Positions 28,998-38,346 of a stretch of 64,000 nucleotides of DNA are shown piece by piece. Both the position numbers and the translations under genes were made by a program. This DNA is from Acidimicrobiia bacterium (GTDB taxonomy: Bacteria; Actinomycetota; Acidimicrobiia; Spongiisociales; ZC4RG35): contig JBBDML010000022.1 of the NCBI GenBank assembly GCA_040878345.1, forward strand, positions 21,130 through 85,129, given 5' to 3'. The notes under the pieces are model-generated. The model was not told the origin of the DNA, did no database searches, and saw only the letters and a list, made by a program, of their open reading frames with translations. Numbering within the stretch: position 1 is the first letter of the stretch; each line of letters opens with the position of its first letter.

Positions 28998-31900
28998 TCA
29001 GGCGATCTGCTCAACCACCACGGAGGTCATGTCCTTGCGGAGGGCCTGGGAAGCACCCCCGGGCTCCATGGTGACCCCGTAGAGGACGTCTGCGGCCCCC
29101 ATCGTCTGTTGCTGGTGGGTGACGATGACCAGCTGGGCGCGGCCCCGGAACTCGTCCACGATCCGCAGAAAACGCCGCAGATTGGTGTCGTCGAGGGCCG
29201 CCTCGACCTCGTCGAGGACGTAGAACGGGCTTGGCCGGGCCTCGAAGATGGCAAAGAGGAAGGCGAGGGCGGCGAGGCTGCGCTCCCCACCGGAGAGCAG
29301 CGACATCTGGCTCAGCTTCTTGCCCATGGGCTGGGCATCGATGGAGACGCCTGACTCCGGGTCGTCGGGGTCGATGATCCGGAGTCTCCCCCTCCCCCCG
29401 GGGAAGAGAACTGCGAAGTACCGATCGAATGCCTCGGCCACCTCTCCGAAGGCGGTCTGGAACCGCTGGTCGATCTCGGCGTCGAGGGCAGCAATCACCT
29501 TGCGGAGCTCGGAGCGCGAGGTCTCCACGTCGCTCATCTGCGACACCATGAAGTCTTGTCTCTCCGAGAGCTGGCGGTACTCGGAGGCGGCGAGGGGGTT
29601 GACCGGGCCCAGCCTGCTCAGCTCGGCGAGCTTGGTGGACAGTGCCTCCTCGAGGTCGGCCCCTTCGGTGAGGTCGGGTCGTTCCGCCTGATAGGCGGCC
29701 TCCACGTCGGCATCGGCGTCCCTGCGTATCGACTCGCCAACCGACTCCCTCATCATCCTCAGCTCGGTGAGACGGATGTCGAGCTGGGACACCCGCTCTC
29801 TCGCCGCGGTGACCGAGGTGCGGCGCTCTGAATACTCACTCTGCACCGACGTCAGCTCGGCCCGGACCGAGTCATGTCTCGCCCGAAGGCCAGCCTGTCT
29901 CTCCCGTATCTGGGCGAGACGCGCCTCCAGGACAGCCAAGCCACGCCGGGCGATCGACTCGACCGTCTCCAGCGCCGATGGGTCATAGTCGACCCGGTTC
30001 CCGGGCTCGAGACGCTCCACCTCGTCGGCGATCCGGGCGATCCGATCGGTGAGGAGGCTCTCCCTCTCCAGTATCCCCCTGAGTCGTCCGGCCGCCTCTT
30101 GCCACTCGGATCTCGCCATCTCCCGGTCTGCCGTCAACTGGAGTCGGCGTGCCTCGAGATCCTCCCAGACCCGGAGCTGCTCGGCTTCGGCGCCGTGGAG
30201 CGACTCGATTCGCCGCCGCAGTGATGCGGCCTGGGCGTCGCCGGTCTCGATCGCCAGGTTGAGAGCTGCCCGACGCTCGTCGAGCCGGCTGATCTCGGTC
30301 TCGATCCCGACCACCGAGCGCCGAAGCCTGCCCATCGCCTCGGACCTCCCGGCTACCGCGGTTTCGGCAGCTTCCAGGGCCTCCAGAGACCGCCGTTCCT
30401 TCTCGCGGCTCTGATCGAAGTCGCGTCGGGCCGAAGTGTGTATCGAGGCCGCCCTGGCGGTCTCGGTGCAGGCACGCTCCCGAGCAACCTCGGCGTTTTC
30501 GAGCATCACCGGCCCGGCGCCGTCGGGGCTGGCGATTCGAGCGCCCACGGCGGTGATCAGGTCACCGTCGGGGGTCACCGCTCTCAGGTGGGGATGAGCC
30601 GCCACCAGTTCCCAGGCAGCGCTCCAGCCTTGCACCAGGAGGACGTCACCGATCAGGATCTCGGCAAGCCCACGATCGGATCCGGGTCCCAGGGAGTCGA
30701 CCAGTGCCTCGAGGCCAAGCTTGGAGGCGACCGGGCGAGCAGGCGTGTCGGCGGGCGCCCACGGCGAGACCACGCTCACCGAGCCGCCACCGGAGGCCTT
30801 GACCTGCCCCATCACCTCCCTGACGAAGTCTCGGCCCTCGAAGGCGATGGCATCCGCCCAGTCGCCCAATGCCGCCCCAACCGCGGCCTCGAGCCCTTCC
30901 GGGACGTCGAGCCGGGTGATCAGCGCCCCGAGAGACCCGGCTGATGACCCGGCCAACTCCCGCGCTCCCCGGTCATGCCGACCGGCAAGAGCGGATGCAA
31001 TGGCATCGACGCGGGCCTCCGCCGAAGTCATGCCCAGACGGGTCTCGGCCAATGTCTCCTCGGCAGCCGACCATTTCTCCTGGTGGGCCATCCGGGCTGC
31101 TGCCGTCTTCTGGTAATCGCCCTGGAGCAAGGCGATGGTCGAGTCCATCAGTTGGATCTCGGTGTTGATGTCGTCGACCTCACCGGTCTCGGCCTCGACC
31201 CGAGATCGCAGCATCCCGAGCCTGGCGTCGAGCGCTGCGATCTCCCGACCGTCACGGGCGAGGGCGGCTTCGAGGGCGCTCAGCTCGCCGCGAACCGCGG
31301 CCAGGGCACCTTCGGGCGAGAGGGCGGTCTGGGTGGCCAGGGCCCGCTCCTCGTCCTCGATCCGGCGGAATCCGGCCTCTGCGGTCTCGGCCACGTTCCC
31401 AAGCCGATCCCGGTCGCGGGCGATCCCCGAGAGCTCCTCTTCGATGGCGAACGATTCGACGGAGAGATCGCGAAGACGTCCTTCAGCCGCTTCGAGACGG
31501 CCCGAGGCAGCCCGGCGACGCTCATGTGCCACCGAGACGATCCTGCGGAGTCGCTCCCCGGCCGTTTCCAGCAGAGCGCCGGCTGTGGTGTCGCGGTCGA
31601 GCTCGGCGCCAACCTCCGAGGCCTGATCGGTGAGCCGGGCCAAGTCGGCCTCCAGGGTATGCATCCGGCCCTGGTCGACCTGGAGCCCTTCGAGCAGCCT
31701 GGCCCGCTCCGAAGAGGCGATTGTCAAGTCGCGGTCATGGGCTGCCAGCGACTGGCCCCCCAGGAAGAGCCGCAGGGCTACGACTTCGGCTTTGAGACCG
31801 TCGTAACGCTCGGCGGCGCGCGCCTGTCGCCTCAGAGGCCGAATCTGACGGGTGATCTCGGCGAGGATGTCCTGAAGCCTGAGCAGGTCCTCGTCTGTCC

Positions 31901-32447
31901 GCTCCAGCCTGCGCTCCGCCCGCTCCTTGCGACGCCGATGCTTGAGGATCCCGGCGGCCTCCTCGATCACCGCACGATGGTCTTCGGGCGAGGCGCTCAG
32001 GACCTCGCCGATCTCCCCCTGGCCGATGATCACGTGCTGATGCCGTCCCACGCCGGAGTCGGAGAGGAGGTCCTGGATGTCCATCAACCGACAGCCGACC
32101 CCATTGAGCTCGTAGTCGCTCGAACCGTCCCGGTAGAGACGGCGGGTGATCGCCACCTCGTCGAGATCGAGGTCGATCTCACGATCGGCGTTGTCGATGA
32201 CCAGCACCACCTCGGCCCGATTGAGGGCGGGCCGGGTGGCAGTGCCGGCAAAGATCACATCCTCCATCTTCGGAGTGCGAAGGCTCTTGGGCGACTGGGT
32301 GCCGAGGACCCAGGAGAGGGCGTCGACCAGATTCGACTTGCCCGAGCCGTTGGGCCCGACGACAACGGTGACACCGGGACGGAACTCGAGACGGGCGCGA
32401 TCGGCGAACGATTTGAACCCGGTCAGCTTCAATGACTTGAGATACAC
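28998..32447 (-). CDS. smc: Chromosome partition protein Smc
   Basis: 1149 aa. Walker A GPNGSGKSNLVDA, long coiled coils, hinge, C-terminal LSGGERSLAALAFLFAIF and YVLDEVEAALD. Confidence 0.95.
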   Translation of the reverse strand: MYLKSLKLTGFKSFADRARLEFRPGVTVVVGPNGSGKSNLVDALSWVLGTQSPKSLRTPKMEDVIFAGTATRPALNRAEVVLVIDNADREIDLDLDEVAITRRLYRDGSSDYELNGVGCRLMDIQDLLSDSGVGRHQHVIIGQGEIGEVLSASPEDHRAVIEEAAGILKHRRRKERAERRLERTDEDLLRLQDILAEITRQIRPLRRQARAAERYDGLKAEVVALRLFLGGQSLAAHDRDLTIASSERARLLEGLQVDQGRMHTLEADLARLTDQASEVGAELDRDTTAGALLETAGERLRRIVSVAHERRRAASGRLEAAEGRLRDLSVESFAIEEELSGIARDRDRLGNVAETAEAGFRRIEDEERALATQTALSPEGALAAVRGELSALEAALARDGREIAALDARLGMLRSRVEAETGEVDDINTEIQLMDSTIALLQGDYQKTAAARMAHQEKWSAAEETLAETRLGMTSAEARVDAIASALAGRHDRGARELAGSSAGSLGALITRLDVPEGLEAAVGAALGDWADAIAFEGRDFVREVMGQVKASGGGSVSVVSPWAPADTPARPVASKLGLEALVDSLGPGSDRGLAEILIGDVLLVQGWSAAWELVAAHPHLRAVTPDGDLITAVGARIASPDGAGPVMLENAEVARERACTETARAASIHTSARRDFDQSREKERRSLEALEAAETAVAGRSEAMGRLRRSVVGIETEISRLDERRAALNLAIETGDAQAASLRRRIESLHGAEAEQLRVWEDLEARRLQLTADREMARSEWQEAAGRLRGILERESLLTDRIARIADEVERLEPGNRVDYDPSALETVESIARRGLAVLEARLAQIRERQAGLRARHDSVRAELTSVQSEYSERRTSVTAARERVSQLDIRLTELRMMRESVGESIRRDADADVEAAYQAERPDLTEGADLEEALSTKLAELSRLGPVNPLAASEYRQLSERQDFMVSQMSDVETSRSELRKVIAALDAEIDQRFQTAFGEVAEAFDRYFAVLFPGGRGRLRIIDPDDPESGVSIDAQPMGKKLSQMSLLSGGERSLAALAFLFAIFEARPSPFYVLDEVEAALDDTNLRRFLRIVDEFRGRAQLVIVTHQQQTMGAADVLYGVTMEPGGASQALRKDMTSVVVEQIA

Positions 32448-32508
32448 AGTTATCTACCTGGCGAATGACATGACTGTGATTACCCGTCCAGGCTAACAAG
32501 ACCTGCCA

Positions 32509-33339
32509 TCAGGCCTGGCACTTGGGGCAGAAATGGGTCGAGCGCTGCCGAACCACGATCCTCTCGACAGGGCTGTCGCAAACCGGGCAGGGCCGACCCG
32601 TCCTGGCGTAGACCCTGAGACGGCCCAGGTTTTCCCCTGCGGTTCCATCCGGCAGGAGATAAGCGAGGTCCTCGAGTGTTGTTCCGCCCGATTCGATTGC
32701 CTCAGCCAGGATCTCGCCCATGGCCAGGACCAGGGCTCCGGCCCTGGCGACCCCCAACTCCCCTCCGGGGGTGAGGGGATGGATCCTCGCCAGATGGAGG
32801 ATCTCGTCGGCGTAGATGTTTCCCAAACCCGCCACCGGGCCCTGGTCGAGGAGCAGCGCCTTGATCGGTGCGGTCCTCCCCGCCAGGCGCTTCACCAGCT
32901 CGGTGGCGTCAGGCGGCTCCTCCCAGGCATCGGGGCCGAGACGTCGCAAGGGCGACTCGTGGATCTCGTCCTCGTCGAGGACGGCCACGAACCCGAAGGT
33001 CCTGGGATCGACGAAGCGCACCTCTACCCGATCGTCCAGCACCGCCACCAAGTGGGTGTGGGCCACCCGCTCCTCAGACCCGTCCCCCAGGCTGAATCGG
33101 CCCGACATCCCGAGGTGGGCGATCAGCACGAATCCGTCGTCGAGATCGGCCACCAGGAATTTGCCATGCCGGCGCATCGACTCCACCCGGCGACCGAACA
33201 GCCGGGCTTCCACCTCCTGGGGTGAGGCGTTGAGCCGGGCAGTGCGTGGATGGGTGACGCTCACCGAGGTGACCGTTCTGCCCACCATTGCAGTCTCGAG
33301 ATGGCGTCTGGTGATCTCGACCTCTGGAAGCTCGGGCAA
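32509..33339 (-). CDS. mutM: Formamidopyrimidine-DNA glycosylase
   Basis: MPELPEVE N-terminus, H2TH region, C-terminal zinc finger CPVCDSPVERIVVRQRSTHFCPKCQ. Confidence 0.9.
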   Translation of the reverse strand: MPELPEVEITRRHLETAMVGRTVTSVSVTHPRTARLNASPQEVEARLFGRRVESMRRHGKFLVADLDDGFVLIAHLGMSGRFSLGDGSEERVAHTHLVAVLDDRVEVRFVDPRTFGFVAVLDEDEIHESPLRRLGPDAWEEPPDATELVKRLAGRTAPIKALLLDQGPVAGLGNIYADEILHLARIHPLTPGGELGVARAGALVLAMGEILAEAIESGGTTLEDLAYLLPDGTAGENLGRLRVYARTGRPCPVCDSPVERIVVRQRSTHFCPKCQA

Positions 33340-33356
33340 GTCCTCTCACCGGCTCG

Positions 33357-34271
33357 GTGGGCGATTACGGTACCGGGCCGATGCGGATACTCCCCCGCCC
33401 GTTTGGCCAGGTGCTGAATGACGCTCTCGGCTCCCTGCTTCGAACCTGGAGACCGCTGGCATCGACGGCGATCATGGTATTCCTGCCGGTGGGAGCGGCC
33501 ACTCTGCTCGTCTTCGAGCTGTCAGGCGCCACCGATTTCCTCGAGGCCGTCCTCTCCGAGCCCTCATCCTTCAGGACCCTCCCCAACGATGTCCTCCTCG
33601 AGCTCGCCCGGCCTTTCATCTTGGCCACGACCATCGCACTCGCCCTGCAGGGCTTGGCCACGCTCTACGTCTATCTGGTCTGTCATCGGTTGACGGCCCT
33701 CGACATCAAGGGCGAGCCCTGGAATGCCAGGATCGAGCGGCGAAACGCATTACGGCGATACGGGCGCGCCCTGGTGTCGTCGCTCATCGTGTTGACGGCC
33801 GTGAGTGCCCTCATCGCCCTAGGGGCCCTGGCGTGGGGCATACCGGCGGCGATGGTGGGAACCCCAAACTCGACGAGTGCCGTGATCGCAGCCTCCCTGT
33901 TGGTGGCTCTCCTCGCCCCTGGCGTCTGGCTGGGGATATCACAATCGATGCTGACCTCGGTGCTCTCGTTGGAGGAGCTGGGGATCACTCGCTCCCTCCG
34001 CCGAAGCCACGCCCTGGTCAAAGGCAGATGGTGGGCGACGTTCGGATTCCTGGCAATGATCGGGTTGCTCGGTTCGGTGGCGATCCAGTTGATCCAGATC
34101 GTGGCTATCCCGATGGCGGCGGTTGGGGGTGTCGGGTTCGGGCTGATCCTGGTGTCACTTTTGGGCCTGGCCGCCCAGGGGCCCATCGTCGCTGCGATGG
34201 GCGCGGCCTACACCCACTGGTACGTCGACCTGCGATCCCGTCGCGAGCCGTTCATGCGAGATCAGCTCTGA
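33357..34271 (+). CDS. Polytopic membrane protein, function unknown
   Basis: 304 aa with about 6 TM helices. The 3' end overlaps the convergent rnc by 10 nt. The start could instead be ATG 33381. Confidence 0.55.
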   Translation: MGDYGTGPMRILPRPFGQVLNDALGSLLRTWRPLASTAIMVFLPVGAATLLVFELSGATDFLEAVLSEPSSFRTLPNDVLLELARPFILATTIALALQGLATLYVYLVCHRLTALDIKGEPWNARIERRNALRRYGRALVSSLIVLTAVSALIALGALAWGIPAAMVGTPNSTSAVIAASLLVALLAPGVWLGISQSMLTSVLSLEELGITRSLRRSHALVKGRWWATFGFLAMIGLLGSVAIQLIQIVAIPMAAVGGVGFGLILVSLLGLAAQGPIVAAMGAAYTHWYVDLRSRREPFMRDQL

Positions 34272-34930
34272 CTGAGCGTCTCCAACGCCACCTGTGCCGC
34301 CATCTGCTCGGCGTCCCTCTTGGAGCGCCCCTCGCCGGTGCCCGCCACCGCGCCGTCGATCACCGCCCTGGCCACGAATCGGCGGTCGTGATCCGGCCCT
34401 GAGCCGTCGACCTCGTAGATCGGGCGCCGGCCCACGCGGGCCAGCTCCTCTTGAAGGCGGGTCTTGTAGTCCTTGACCCCTGGCCTCATGGCGCGTTCTG
34501 AGACTCGGTCGATCCAGAGCCCGAGGATCACATCGGTTGCCGCCTCCAGCCCGCCGTCCAGGTACACGGCCCCCAGGATGGCCTCGACCGCATTGGCCAG
34601 GATCGAAGCCTTGGTCCTGCCCCCGGTCCGCTCCTCCCCCGATGCCAGTTCGACGAATCGGCCGAGATCCAGCTCGTGTGCCACCTCGGCAAGGGTCGGC
34701 TTGCTGACCAACGCCGCCCTCACCTTTGCCATCTGGCCTTCCGCCAGATGCGGATAAGCGCTGAAAAGATGGCCGGTGATCACCAGCTGGAGGACGGCAT
34801 CCCCGAGGAACTCGAGACGCTCGTTGTCGGTGCGGCCCGGGTCCTCGGAGCTGATCGAGCGATGGGTCAACGCCAGCCGCAGCAGCGCCGGATCGGAGAA
34901 GGTGTGACCGAGGCTGGCGTCGAGGGTCAT
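34262..34930 (-). CDS. rnc: Ribonuclease III
   Basis: NERLEFLGDAVLQLVI signature and a C-terminal dsRBD (DYKTRLQE..). Confidence 0.92.
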   Translation of the reverse strand: MTLDASLGHTFSDPALLRLALTHRSISSEDPGRTDNERLEFLGDAVLQLVITGHLFSAYPHLAEGQMAKVRAALVSKPTLAEVAHELDLGRFVELASGEERTGGRTKASILANAVEAILGAVYLDGGLEAATDVILGLWIDRVSERAMRPGVKDYKTRLQEELARVGRRPIYEVDGSGPDHDRRFVARAVIDGAVAGTGEGRSKRDAEQMAAQVALETLSQS

Positions 34931-35895
34931 CCCAACTGGGCGGCGATCTGTCCGGGTAGATCGCGATCCGCACCTTCCGAGGCCATGGCCAAGGCATTGG
35001 ACATGGCGACTCGCGTCGACGACCCGTGGGCGATCACGGTCACCGCCCTCACCCCCAACAACTGGGCGCCCCCGTAGGTTTCGGGGTCGAGCTTCTCCCT
35101 CACCGTGGTCAGAGCCGGGAACACCTGGACCTGGATCTCCGATGAGAGCTTGGAGATGGCCTCGAGAAAATACTGGGTGACCAGCTTGGCGGCTCCCTCG
35201 GTGGTCTTGAGGAAGACATTCCCGGTGAAGCCGTCGGTCACCACCACGTCGGCGCGATCGGTTGCGATGTCACTCCCCTCGAGATTGCCGATGAAGTTGA
35301 GGGTCCCCGCCTCCAGGAGGTCATAGGCGGCCCTCTCCAGATCGCGGCCCTTCCCCTTCTCCTCCCCATTGCAGAGCAGGCCAACCCTCGGGTTCTCCAC
35401 ACCGAGAAGAATGCGGGCGGCCACCGTGCCCATCACCGCGAACTGGAACAATTGCTCAGGCGTCACCTCGGGGTTGGCGCCCGAGTCGAGGACCAGGGTG
35501 GGGGTCCCATGAGTGGGGAATATCGAGGCGATGGCGGGTCTGATCACTCCGCGGATCCGGCCGATGATGATGGCGGCAGCGGCCATCGCCGCCCCTGTAG
35601 ACCCGGCGCTGACCAACCCGGAGGCCGAGCCCTCGGCCACGAGGCGGGCGGCAACGCTGATGGAGGCCCCGGGCCTCTCCCTCAACGCCCGAGCCGGGTC
35701 GTCTCCCATCCCGATCACCTCACCGGCCTCGACGATGGGGATATCTGCCTGGTGCGATTCGAGCTCGGGGGCCAGCAGGTCGCGCCGGCCGACCAGGACC
35801 ACGTCGACACCGCGCCGCGTGGCATCCACGGCTCCGGCCACGGTCTCGGAAGGGGCGAAGTCGCCCCCCATTGCGTCGAGGGCGATCCGGGCCAA
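34927..35895 (-). CDS. plsX: Phosphate acyltransferase PlsX
   Basis: IALDAMGGDFAP, VVVTDGFTGNVFLKT, GAQLLGV. Confidence 0.92.
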   Translation of the reverse strand: MARIALDAMGGDFAPSETVAGAVDATRRGVDVVLVGRRDLLAPELESHQADIPIVEAGEVIGMGDDPARALRERPGASISVAARLVAEGSASGLVSAGSTGAAMAAAAIIIGRIRGVIRPAIASIFPTHGTPTLVLDSGANPEVTPEQLFQFAVMGTVAARILLGVENPRVGLLCNGEEKGKGRDLERAAYDLLEAGTLNFIGNLEGSDIATDRADVVVTDGFTGNVFLKTTEGAAKLVTQYFLEAISKLSSEIQVQVFPALTTVREKLDPETYGGAQLLGVRAVTVIAHGSSTRVAMSNALAMASEGADRDLPGQIAAQLG

Positions 35896-35899
35896 GTGG

Positions 35900-36076
35900 T
35901 CAGCCCGTCTCTATTACTTCGCGGCCGGCATAGGTGCCGCACTCCCGACATGCGCGATGGGGGAGCTTCGGCTTGCCGCACTGCTCGCAGGCGACGGTGG
36001 TGGGGGCGCTCACCTTCCAGGCGGCCTTGCGGCGGCGGGTGCGGGAGCGCGACATCTTCTTCTTGGGCACCGCCAT
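35900..36076 (-). CDS. rpmF: 50S ribosomal protein L32
   Basis: MAVPKKKMSRSRTRRRKA...CEQCG...HRACRECG. Confidence 0.9.
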   Translation of the reverse strand: MAVPKKKMSRSRTRRRKAAWKVSAPTTVACEQCGKPKLPHRACRECGTYAGREVIETG

Positions 36077-36095
36077 CAGGGGCACTCCTTGGTAC

Positions 36096-36587
36096 TCAGG
36101 GATCGAACAGGTCTTTGAGGGCTGCGAACGGGGAGTCGGTGTCGTCTCCGTGCCCGTCGCACGGGTCAGTATTCAAGTCGTTTCCACACACTGGGCAAAG
36201 TCCTCGACAGTCCCGGCGACAGAGGGGCGCCAGGGGTATCCCCAGGGCGAGCTCGTCGGTTATCGGGGCGCCCAGATCGACCTGACCACCGACGATTACA
36301 TAGCCATCCTCATCCGGGATTTTCGAGAAGTGCTGGGAGCCCTCCACCTCGATGTTCTCGACCCACTCGGTCAGACACCGAACACACCTCAAATCGGCGA
36401 CGGCCCTGGTGGTGAAGCTTGCCTGGACACCGTCGACGGTTCCCACCACCACCCCGCTGGCCTGCATCGGGCCGGTCACGGTGGAATCACCGAGACGGAG
36501 ACTCACCACCCGCGACCCGGTGAATACCCGGCTCTTCTCGGGGTGACCGATCAGGTCATCGACCCGAAGCACCAACTCGGGGCTCAT
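36096..36587 (-). CDS. yceD: YceD/DUF177 family protein
   Basis: 163 aa. CVRCL ... CRRDCRGLCPVCGNDLN cysteine pattern, and the conserved position upstream of rpmF-plsX. Confidence 0.85.
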   Translation of the reverse strand: MSPELVLRVDDLIGHPEKSRVFTGSRVVSLRLGDSTVTGPMQASGVVVGTVDGVQASFTTRAVADLRCVRCLTEWVENIEVEGSQHFSKIPDEDGYVIVGGQVDLGAPITDELALGIPLAPLCRRDCRGLCPVCGNDLNTDPCDGHGDDTDSPFAALKDLFDP

Positions 36588-36628
36588 CAGCCAAGCCTAC
36601 GAAACTTGGACCAGTGCGCGGGGATAGC

Positions 36629-36748
36629 GAACCCAGGGTTCGTGCCACCGCTCAGCGACGCCCAGAGCCCCGGGTTCGAGGGCGACGACCCCCACCAGCA
36701 AACCCAGGGTTCCTACCCCCGCTCAGCGACGTCGGTAACCCTGGGTTC
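36629..36748. repeat. 71-bp tandem duplication carrying four AACCCNGGGTT palindromes and two CCGCTCAGCGACG boxes
   Basis: Palindromes at 36629-36641 (gaacccagggttc), 36665-36677 (gagccccgggttc), 36700-36712 (aaacccagggttc) and 36736-36748 (taaccctgggttc). Centre spacing is 36/35/36 bp. ccgctcagcgacg occurs at 36648-36660 and 36719-36731. Confidence 0.8.
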
Positions 36749-36791
36749 CGCCCCACTGGAGAAGGATCCGCTCCTCGTCTACAGGACGGTG

Positions 36792-37331
36792 TCAGATGGG
36801 GACTTCGGGTGGGCGGGGACGGGCCTGGTGCAGCTCGTCACGAGCCGTCTGGATCTGGGCCACGATCCCGTTGAGGAGGTGCTCGACCCGCTCCAGACTC
36901 TTTTCGATGTAATCCTCCGCCTCGAGGCGGAGACGCCGGGAGTCGCCCTCGGCACGGCGCACCAGGATGTTGGCCTCTTCCACCGCCTCGGCCACGATGC
37001 TGGAGTCGGCGACAAGGTCGTCGGCCTCGGTGCGGGCATGGCCCAGCACCTCACGGGCCTTCTCGTTGGTCCTGGAGATGAAGGCCTCGCGCTCTCGAAC
37101 CATCCAACGGGCGGCGCGCAGCTCGTCGGGGAGGCTGGCGCGCAGGCGCTCCAGCATGTCGAGGAACATCTCCCGGTCGACGAGGGCGTTGGCCGAGAGG
37201 GGCATACCCTTGGCCTCGTGGACGTGAACGATCAGGTCGTCGACGAGATCCAGGATGTCGGAGGTCTCGTGACGCCCGGTGGCGTCGATCACCACCTCGG
37301 TGTCGTGGTCTATCTGTGTTTCCTGGGTCAT
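36792..37331 (-). CDS. Coiled-coil protein, function unknown (DivIVA / ATP synthase b-like heptad pattern)
   Basis: 179 aa. Acidic N-terminus then long helical repeats (REREAFISRTNEKAREVLGHARTEADDLV..RRAEGDSRRLRLEAEDYIEKSLE). 4-nt overlap with coaD. Confidence 0.55.
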   Translation of the reverse strand: MTQETQIDHDTEVVIDATGRHETSDILDLVDDLIVHVHEAKGMPLSANALVDREMFLDMLERLRASLPDELRAARWMVREREAFISRTNEKAREVLGHARTEADDLVADSSIVAEAVEEANILVRRAEGDSRRLRLEAEDYIEKSLERVEHLLNGIVAQIQTARDELHQARPRPPEVPI

Positions 37332-37795
37332 TGCAAACGCTCCTTGAGTGCCTTCTCCACGATGTCGGGGACCAGACCGCTCACCGATCCCCCGAGTCTC
37401 GCCACCTCTTTGACCAATGACGACGAGATGAACCTCAACTCGGGGCGGGTGGGGATGAACACCGTCTCCATCCCGGTGAGGTGCCGGTTCATCTGCGCCA
37501 TCTGGGTCTCGTACTCATAGTCACCACCGGTCCGCAGCCCCTTGATCACCAGATCGACGCCCATCTCCCTGGCGTGCTCGACCAAGAGACCGCTGAAAGT
37601 GATGACCTCCACGGCTTCCCCATATATCTCGCTGAACAGCGACACCCGCTCCGCAGCGGTGAACAGGGCCGACTTCGACGGGTTGTCGATGACCGACACC
37701 ACCACCCGGTCGAAGAGCTCGATGGCCCTGTCGATCAGATCGATGTGCCCGCTGGTCGGCGGGTCAAAACTCCCCGGGCATAGGGCGCTGGTCAT
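37328..37795 (-). CDS. coaD: Phosphopantetheine adenylyltransferase
   Basis: CPGSFDPPTSGHIDLIDRA (T/HxGH motif), ISSSLVKEV. Confidence 0.92.
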   Translation of the reverse strand: MTSALCPGSFDPPTSGHIDLIDRAIELFDRVVVSVIDNPSKSALFTAAERVSLFSEIYGEAVEVITFSGLLVEHAREMGVDLVIKGLRTGGDYEYETQMAQMNRHLTGMETVFIPTRPELRFISSSLVKEVARLGGSVSGLVPDIVEKALKERLQ

Positions 37796-38339
37796 CGCTC
37801 GCTTTCAACTTCTCGTATCTTAGGATTCTGGTATCCCCGTAGCGCTTATCGGTGGCAACCCGCCAGGTTTCGGGCGGCTCGGGTGCGGCATCGCCCGCCC
37901 GTCGCGACACCACCACTTCGGCGTCGACCAGCAGAAGTGGATCGAGCAGCGCCATCTCCCCCTCCATCACCGACGCCGCCAGCTCCCAAGGTGGGTCCAT
38001 GAACACCAGGCTGAACCGCCGGTCGGTGTGGGTCAGGAAGCTGCCGACCTCCCTGCCCACCACCTCACCACCGAGGGCCACGGTGTCGACGTTGGCCCGC
38101 AACGCCTGGAGCGCTTTTCGGCCTTTCTCGACGAAGACCACCGAGGCGGCGCCACGGGAGAGGGCCTCGAGCCCGAAGGATCCCGAGCCGGCATAGAGGT
38201 CGGCGACTGCGGCGCCCACGACCCTGCTCCCGATCGACGAGAACAGCGCCTCTCTGACACGATCGGTGGCTGGTCGGGTATCTCGGGTGTCGGGAGCCTT
38301 GAGCCGTCTGCCCCGTGCCTGGCCGGCGATGACCCTCAT
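37764..38339 (-). CDS. rsmD: 16S rRNA (guanine966-N2)-methyltransferase RsmD
   Basis: MRVIAGQARGRRLKAP...TRPATDRVREALFS, DLYAGSGSFGLEALSRGA, VFMDPPW. The ATG at 38339 was chosen inside the longer track ORF. Confidence 0.85.
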   Translation of the reverse strand: MRVIAGQARGRRLKAPDTRDTRPATDRVREALFSSIGSRVVGAAVADLYAGSGSFGLEALSRGAASVVFVEKGRKALQALRANVDTVALGGEVVGREVGSFLTHTDRRFSLVFMDPPWELAASVMEGEMALLDPLLLVDAEVVVSRRAGDAAPEPPETWRVATDKRYGDTRILRYEKLKASDDQRPMPGEF

Positions 38340-38346
38340 CGAGGCC

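Noticed and set aside
30975-32435. Long antisense ORFs opposite strongly supported genes. Examples: 30975..32435(+) opposite smc, 60188..61660(-) opposite adnB, 44741..45889(-) opposite the kinase, 21956..22786(-) opposite xdhC, 14971..15909(-) opposite coxD, 19260..20222(-) opposite coxL, 11963..13423(+) opposite ffh.
   Set aside because: These are typical high-GC shadow ORFs with low-complexity Arg/Gly/Pro/Asp composition. In each case the opposite strand carries clear family motifs.
36665-36700. tRNA-like 3' end (gggttcgag ... cccccacca).
   Set aside because: No complementary T-stem, acceptor stem or anticodon arm can be drawn. The GGGTTC is half of the repeated AACCCNGGGTT palindrome.
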